DNA of 64,000 nucleotides from Candidatus Microgenomatus sp. (GTDB lineage Bacteria; Patescibacteriota; Microgenomatia; UBA8517): NCBI GenBank assembly GCA_020724585.1, contig DYGS01000001.1, positions 674,535 to 738,534 of the forward strand, read 5' to 3'. Shown piece by piece: positions 58,836 to 64,000 of this stretch (position 1 is its first letter; each line of letters starts with the position of its first letter). The notes under the pieces were generated by a model. It saw only the letters and a program-made list of their open reading frames with translations, ran no database searches and was not told where the DNA came from. The position numbers and the translations under genes were made by a program.

Positions 58836-59674
58836 AATTTACACCAATAAGTTCCACGACCACCCAAAAAGAACTTTTCTATTTTATTTTTATTACAATT
58901 TTTACAAATTTCGCCTTGACGACCATAAACTAATGTATGGTTTTGGTATTCACCCTCTTTACCGTCTGGGGTGACAAAGGCAAGTTCACTTGCTCCGCCA
59001 TACTTTAATCCTTCTTTTAAGACAAATTCAATTGCATTATAAAGATTGTTTTGTTCTTCCTCGGTTAATGAGTTTGCTGTTCTTTTAGGACTAATTTTTG
59101 ATAGATACAATGCATCATTTGCATATATATTCCCTACTCCGCCAATTTTTGCCTGATCCATCAGTAAAACTTTAATATTTCTTTTTGATTTTGATAATAA
59201 ACTAATAAAATATTCAAGAGTTAGGTTTTTGAAAGGTTCAGGTGCAAAATTATTAACTCTTAATTCTTCACTCTTAACTAACTTTATCCATCCAAATTGT
59301 CTAACATCGTTATAATACAAATCACCATTGTCTAAATGAAATATGAGATGTGTATGCTTCCCTCCCAATCCTCCAATTACTTTAGGGGATAATGCCTGAC
59401 TAGTGCCTAGCGCCTTTTGCCTAAATATCAGTTGTCCAGTTAACTTAACATGAATCATTATTGAATAATTATTATCAAGGTCAATTGATAACTGTTTTGC
59501 AAACCTCCTAACACTTATTATTTTTGAATTTGTTATTTTTGATTTGTTTCGCCCACCCAGTGATGCAATCTTTTCGTATTTTGGATTTCGAATTTCAACA
59601 TCCTTGATTATCGATCCAACAATAAATTTTTCTAATTGTAATTTTATTGTCTCAACTTCAGGTAATTCCGGCAT
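58823..59674 (-). CDS. mutM: Formamidopyrimidine-DNA glycosylase
   Basis: N-terminal 'MPELPEVE'. C-terminal zinc finger 'CKNCNKNKIEKFFLGGRGTYWCKLCQ'. Contains an in-frame family-C repeat. Confidence 0.9.
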   Translation of the reverse strand: MPELPEVETIKLQLEKFIVGSIIKDVEIRNPKYEKIASLGGRNKSKITNSKIISVRRFAKQLSIDLDNNYSIMIHVKLTGQLIFRQKALGTSQALSPKVIGGLGGKHTHLIFHLDNGDLYYNDVRQFGWIKLVKSEELRVNNFAPEPFKNLTLEYFISLLSKSKRNIKVLLMDQAKIGGVGNIYANDALYLSKISPKRTANSLTEEEQNNLYNAIEFVLKEGLKYGGASELAFVTPDGKEGEYQNHTLVYGRQGEICKNCNKNKIEKFFLGGRGTYWCKLCQK

Positions 59675-59723
59675 ATTAAATAGTATTATGCTGTATGCCG
59701 TATGCTGTATGCAACCATAAAGC

Positions 59724-60857
59724 TTACAGCTTATGGCTTAATACAAATTCAAGCATTTCTTTCTTGAATCTTTCTTTACTAAATTTCTTGGCTTGATTTA
59801 TGCAGTCTTCTTGCCTAAATTTCATCTTTTCAAATCTTTTTACAGCCTCATTTAAACTTTTAATGGTTAAGTTATCAAAAAAGACGCCCGTTATATTTTC
59901 TTGGATAGTCTCCAAATAACCACCACCTCTGTAAGCAATGGCAGGTTTACCCCCCGCTTGAACTTCAATCGCGGTCATGCCTGAATCTTCATCTTTTTGA
60001 GCCAAAATAAATGCTTTACAAGACCTCAGTAGTTCAAATTTTTTCTTTTCAGAAACTTTACCTAAAAATTCGATGTTTTCGTTAGATATGCTTCTCAAAT
60101 ATCTCTCCTGAATTCCTGAACCAAAAATCTTGAGATTCTTTTTATTTTTGTTAAAGGCTTTTATTATCAAATCAAAATTCTTAGCTGCAACCATTCGTCC
60201 ACCGGTTAGATAAAAATTATTATTATCTTTGACACCATTATCTTCTAGAATTCCATCAACATTTATAGGTGGGTAAATTACTTTGTAATCAAACCTCTTA
60301 TAAAACTTTTCCACTCGTTTTCCGACTTCTTTTGAATTAACAATAAAATAATCAACTTTTTGAGCCTGATTAAAGTCATAAACTCTCATAAAGTGATTAA
60401 CTATTGCTCCATAAATATTTACTAAAAATCCGTACCATTTTTTTTGCCAAATAACAGAGGTTTCATAGCCATATAAATATCTTGGTGGTGTATGAAGATA
60501 ACATATTTCAATCGGGCGACTGCCTCGCTTGAATCCTTTTGTTACTGCCCAACTGGCGCTTGAAATAACTAAATCGTATTTTGATAGGTCAAGACTATTC
60601 CATATCAGTGGTATTAAAAATCTAAACAATGAAATTGTTCTGTGAGCAAGCGGTACAAAATTAAACCATGAAGATATAATCCGAGCATCTTTTAATTTTG
60701 GTAAAAATCCAGAAACTCTCTCCTTTTTAAATACTGATACATAAATTGGAGCCTTGGGAAACAATTCGTGTAGTGCCACCAAAACTTCTTCCGCCCCCCC
60801 CCAATCAATAAGATAATCATGTACTAGTGCAACTTTTAGGCGGGCTATATGCTTCAT
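59724..60857 (-). CDS. GT4-family glycosyltransferase
   Basis: 'EDSGMTAIEVQAGGKPAIA' E-x7-E motif. Confidence 0.8.
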   Translation of the reverse strand: MKHIARLKVALVHDYLIDWGGAEEVLVALHELFPKAPIYVSVFKKERVSGFLPKLKDARIISSWFNFVPLAHRTISLFRFLIPLIWNSLDLSKYDLVISSASWAVTKGFKRGSRPIEICYLHTPPRYLYGYETSVIWQKKWYGFLVNIYGAIVNHFMRVYDFNQAQKVDYFIVNSKEVGKRVEKFYKRFDYKVIYPPINVDGILEDNGVKDNNNFYLTGGRMVAAKNFDLIIKAFNKNKKNLKIFGSGIQERYLRSISNENIEFLGKVSEKKKFELLRSCKAFILAQKDEDSGMTAIEVQAGGKPAIAYRGGGYLETIQENITGVFFDNLTIKSLNEAVKRFEKMKFRQEDCINQAKKFSKERFKKEMLEFVLSHKL

Positions 60858-60860
60858 GGT

Positions 60861-61265
60861 TTATGCTTTATGGTTAAAACTTCTGACACTTTTAATTATT
60901 CCTGTAATCAATTTATGAACGACTACTGTCTGTTCCCAAATTTCGTTAAATTTGGCTACATTTATATAATTAACATCTCGAGCTATATATAATTGATTTT
61001 GTATTTCAGTCAATGAACCTTTAGCCATTAAATAAAATTGTATCTTTTCTTTTACTCCTTGTCTTGAAAATCCTTCTGCAATATTACTTGTTATGGAAAC
61101 CGCCGCTCTACACATTTGATCAACTAGGGCAAATTTCTCTTGAGTAGGAAATGATTTAGTAATTTGGTAAATCTGCAAAACCAGTTTGTGACCTTCTTTC
61201 CATACATACAAATCAGAAAAAGTAGTTATTCTTTGTTTAGTTTGTTCTTGCATATTTGTTTCCAT
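60861..61265 (-). CDS. Four-helix-bundle protein (TIGR02436, '23S rRNA intervening-sequence protein' family)
   Basis: 'ITSNIAEGFSRQ...KIQFYLMAKGSLTEIQNQLYIARDVNYI' is the family signature. Start set at the internal ATG because the upstream codons are formed by a family-D repeat. Confidence 0.75.
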   Translation of the reverse strand: METNMQEQTKQRITTFSDLYVWKEGHKLVLQIYQITKSFPTQEKFALVDQMCRAAVSITSNIAEGFSRQGVKEKIQFYLMAKGSLTEIQNQLYIARDVNYINVAKFNEIWEQTVVVHKLITGIIKSVRSFNHKA

Positions 61266-61290
61266 ACAGCATATGGCATATAGCATAAAG

Positions 61291-62199
61291 CTAGAAAAGT
61301 GATCCTTGGTTTTCTTCCTCTATTCTCTTTCCTAATTTCTCAATCCTAGTTTTAAGAGTTTTAAAACCATAATTTTCAAAAAGTTTAATTACTTCAGGTG
61401 AAACTACATCCCAATTGTTTGAGTCGTTTATATCAAAATTAATTGGAACATCTTTTACTATTGTAGCAACCTTGTATGATAAGTAAGCAGATTCTCTACC
61501 ATCGATTAGTTTTTGTTTTACTTTTTCTTGAATCTCATCTAAATTTTCATATATCCCGTCAAGAGTTTTATATTTCAAAAGTAAACTTGATGCAGTTTTA
61601 GGCCCTATTCCTGCAATACCAAAATAATTATCAGATGGATCACCAACTAGAGCTTTATAATCTGGAATCTGAAAGGGGCTAACCCCCATTCTTTCAAATG
61701 TTTCTTTTTCTGTAAAAAATTTGCCATTAGAAAGTCCAACAACAGGCATATAAAGTTTTATATTTTTCTTGTCATCGACTAACTGCAATATATCCCTATC
61801 CCCAGTCACTATAACGGTGCTATATGCTTTGTGCTCTATGCTTGATGCTATTGTACCTATAATGTCGTCGGCTTCGTAACCAGATTTTGAATAAACTGGA
61901 ATATTTACAGATTTTAAAAAGTCACGAGCTTTTTGAAACTGAGGAATTAAGTCTGATGGAGTTTCAGGTCTTTGAGATTGATATGTCGGTAGAAGTTCAT
62001 TTCTAAATGTTTTTTCTTTTTCGTCAAAACAAAAAACAATGTGTGTTGGTTTTAAATTTTCTACAATGTTTATGAGCATTGAGACTAGACCATAAAGGGC
62101 GTTTATTGGTTCTCCAGATTTTGAAGTTAATGGTGGAAGTGCGTGGAATGCACGATACATAATTGCATTCCCATCAAATATAACCAGTTTACTTTGCAT
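61291..62199 (-). CDS. 5'-3' exonuclease (Pol I N-terminal/FEN-like)
   Basis: 'LVIFDGNAIMYRAFHA', 'IVFCFD', 'GIGPKTA'. Confidence 0.85.
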   Translation of the reverse strand: MQSKLVIFDGNAIMYRAFHALPPLTSKSGEPINALYGLVSMLINIVENLKPTHIVFCFDEKEKTFRNELLPTYQSQRPETPSDLIPQFQKARDFLKSVNIPVYSKSGYEADDIIGTIASSIEHKAYSTVIVTGDRDILQLVDDKKNIKLYMPVVGLSNGKFFTEKETFERMGVSPFQIPDYKALVGDPSDNYFGIAGIGPKTASSLLLKYKTLDGIYENLDEIQEKVKQKLIDGRESAYLSYKVATIVKDVPINFDINDSNNWDVVSPEVIKLFENYGFKTLKTRIEKLGKRIEEENQGSLF

Positions 62200-62222
62200 A
62201 AAAACAATTTTAAACTAACAAG

Positions 62223-62771
62223 GTGAATATTCCAAAAGTAAAAGTATTTCTAAAAAAACACAAGGAAAGAATAATTAAATATTTTTTTATATTTCTTTCT
62301 GTTGCAATTAGCGTCTTAATTTTTACATTTCGAAACTCTTTAGCACAACTTACAACTTATGGCTATTTGGGAATTTTTTTAATCAACCTAATTGGAAGCG
62401 CAACAATACTAATTCCAACTCCTGCAATTGTTACCACTTTTGTTGGCGGTTCTATATATAACCCTGCTATTGTAGGTATTCTTTCAGGAATTGGCGCTTC
62501 AATTGGAGAAATAACAGGATATTTAGCAGGGTATGGAACATCTGTATTAATTAAAGAAAACAGAAATTATAAAAGGGTTGAGAAATGGATGAATATCAAC
62601 GGTTTTCTAACAATTTTTATACTAGCCTTAATACCAAATCCAGTTTTTGATTTAACTGGAGTTTTTGCAGGAGCAACTAAATATTCGTTTAAAAAGTATT
62701 TTTTAGCTGTAATACTAGGTAAGACGATAAGATTTATTGGAATAGCCCTACTTGGTAATAAAATGATTTAA
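62223..62771 (+). CDS. YqaA/VTT-like membrane protein
   Basis: 'GYLGIFLINLIGSATILIPTP...GEITGYLAGYG'. Confidence 0.6.
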   Translation: MNIPKVKVFLKKHKERIIKYFFIFLSVAISVLIFTFRNSLAQLTTYGYLGIFLINLIGSATILIPTPAIVTTFVGGSIYNPAIVGILSGIGASIGEITGYLAGYGTSVLIKENRNYKRVEKWMNINGFLTIFILALIPNPVFDLTGVFAGATKYSFKKYFLAVILGKTIRFIGIALLGNKMI

Positions 62772-62947
62772 CTTTATTTCCCCTCTTTTCCTTTGTCTCT
62801 GGGTTTATTTGGTCCATCATCACTTTCATCTCCAAGACCAGACTGCCTCTTCTGCCACGCCTGTTGCGCTAGACCTCCCCCGCCTTCCTCAGTAACGGTT
62901 GGATCAATGTCTTCTATATTCACTTCTGTAGTTTTACGATCTGTCAT

Positions 62948-64000
62948 TTATTTTTTCACCCCGCTTTCGAGTATCAAGCTTTTATCTCCGTTTTGCTTTT
63001 TGCCAACGATTTTTTCAAATTCATCTCTATCTATAGTTTCTTTTGAAAGCAGTTCTCTTGCAACATTTTCTAATTCTTTTTTATGTTTTTTAATTAAATC
63101 TTTAGCAGTTTTTAAAGCAGTTTCCATAATACTTGTAACTTCTTGGTCTATTTTTTCCTGTGTAGCTTGGGAAACTGGATTTTCTTGGTAATATTCCGTT
63201 TGTCCAAACTCACCAGCTTGTGTGTCAGGTCCAAAGTTAACAGGGCCAAGACTACTCATCCCCCATTCAACAACCATAGCTTTAGCAATTCTTGTTGCAA
63301 CTTGTATATCGTTACTGGCCCCACTTGTCATTTCTTTAAACTTAAATTCTTCAGCGGCACGGCCGCCCAACATCGCAGTAATTCTATTAAGAAGGCTTGT
63401 TTTTGTGTCATGCAATTTATCTGCCGCAGGTGGAATTAGCGTATGACCCAAACTCATTCCTCTTGCTACAATTGAAATTCTGTGAACAGGGTCTGTCCCT
63501 TTTATAAAGTGAGTAACTATGGCATGGCCCGCTTCGTGATAGGCTGTAATTTCTTTATCTTCTTTACTTTGAAGTCTCTTTTTAGCAGGTCCAAGTTTAA
63601 CTTTTGTTGCAGCTTCTTCAATATCGTTCATATCAATTTCCAACTTATTGAGTCTTGCTGCTCCAATTGCCGCCTCGTTTAACATGTTTTCAAGGTCAGC
63701 TCCCGAAAACCCTACAGTTCTATCTGCAATTCTACCCCAATTGATGTCCTTACCAAATTTTTTACCTTTGGCGTGGATAGCTAGTATTGCCTCCCTACCT
63801 TCTTTGTCAGGGAGGTCAAGCGTTACTCTTCTATCAAATCTTCCTGGTCTTAAAAGTGCCGGGTCCAAAAGATCACCTCTATTGGTCGCGGCAAGAACGA
63901 TTACCGATTCATTTGGAGTAAAACCGTCCATCTCAACCAATATTTGATTTAAAGTCTGTTCTCTTTCATCGTGACCGCCAACAAAACCGCTTCTACCTCT
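62948..64000 (-). CDS. ftsH: ATP-dependent zinc metalloprotease FtsH, C-terminal part (gene continues beyond the window end)
   Basis: Frame open to the window edge ('GGHDEREQTLNQILVEMDGF' SRH region). M41 'HEAGHAIV' zinc motif. Confidence 0.9.
   Translation of the reverse strand, partial: RGRSGFVGGHDEREQTLNQILVEMDGFTPNESVIVLAATNRGDLLDPALLRPGRFDRRVTLDLPDKEGREAILAIHAKGKKFGKDINWGRIADRTVGFSGADLENMLNEAAIGAARLNKLEIDMNDIEEAATKVKLGPAKKRLQSKEDKEITAYHEAGHAIVTHFIKGTDPVHRISIVARGMSLGHTLIPPAADKLHDTKTSLLNRITAMLGGRAAEEFKFKEMTSGASNDIQVATRIAKAMVVEWGMSSLGPVNFGPDTQAGEFGQTEYYQENPVSQATQEKIDQEVTSIMETALKTAKDLIKKHKKELENVARELLSKETIDRDEFEKIVGKKQNGDKSLILESGVKK

Noticed and set aside
62793-63947. Plus-strand ORFs of 60-130 aa near the window end
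   Set aside because: Antisense to ftsH, whose AAA/M41 motifs are clear.

Overview
Low-GC window, most likely from a small-genome Candidate Phyla Radiation (Patescibacteria-like) bacterium; this is inferred from the gene content below. The centre of the window (17.2-30.3 kb, minus strand) holds a split, heavily interrupted rRNA locus. The 5S and 23S genes lie together at 17.2-22.6 kb; the 23S carries two group I introns, each encoding a LAGLIDADG homing endonuclease, plus three copies of an AT-rich palindromic intervening sequence. The 16S lies apart at 27.7-30.3 kb with its own intron and LAGLIDADG ORF and two near-identical insertions. Between 23S and 16S sit tRNA-Ala(UGC), tRNA-Ile(GAU), a tRNA-like fragment, an inverted-repeat-flanked gene cassette and a TraD/TrwB-like ATPase gene. 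The flanking regions carry housekeeping genes (rho, radA, rpsA, trxA/trxB, pth, recF, fpg, an ATP-dependent ligase, a 5'-3' exonuclease, ftsH) and several giant or secreted surface proteins (a LamG-domain protein and a 1516-aa Cys-rich protein). There is a copper-homeostasis island (csoR, copA, copZ-like and cupredoxin-like genes) and a dense set of toxin/defence modules: an AbiEi/AbiEii-like pair, Phd-PIN, HigBA and Fic. The most unusual signal is four families of short heptamer-like repeats (cores GAGTTTTGGATTTTT, AGTACTT, AGTGCCT, RTATGCT). Copies sit at gene junctions, in rRNA variable regions, and in frame inside conserved genes (trxB, pth, fpg, recF, ligase, exonuclease). Several tRNA genes also have their 5' ends duplicated about 55 nt upstream.
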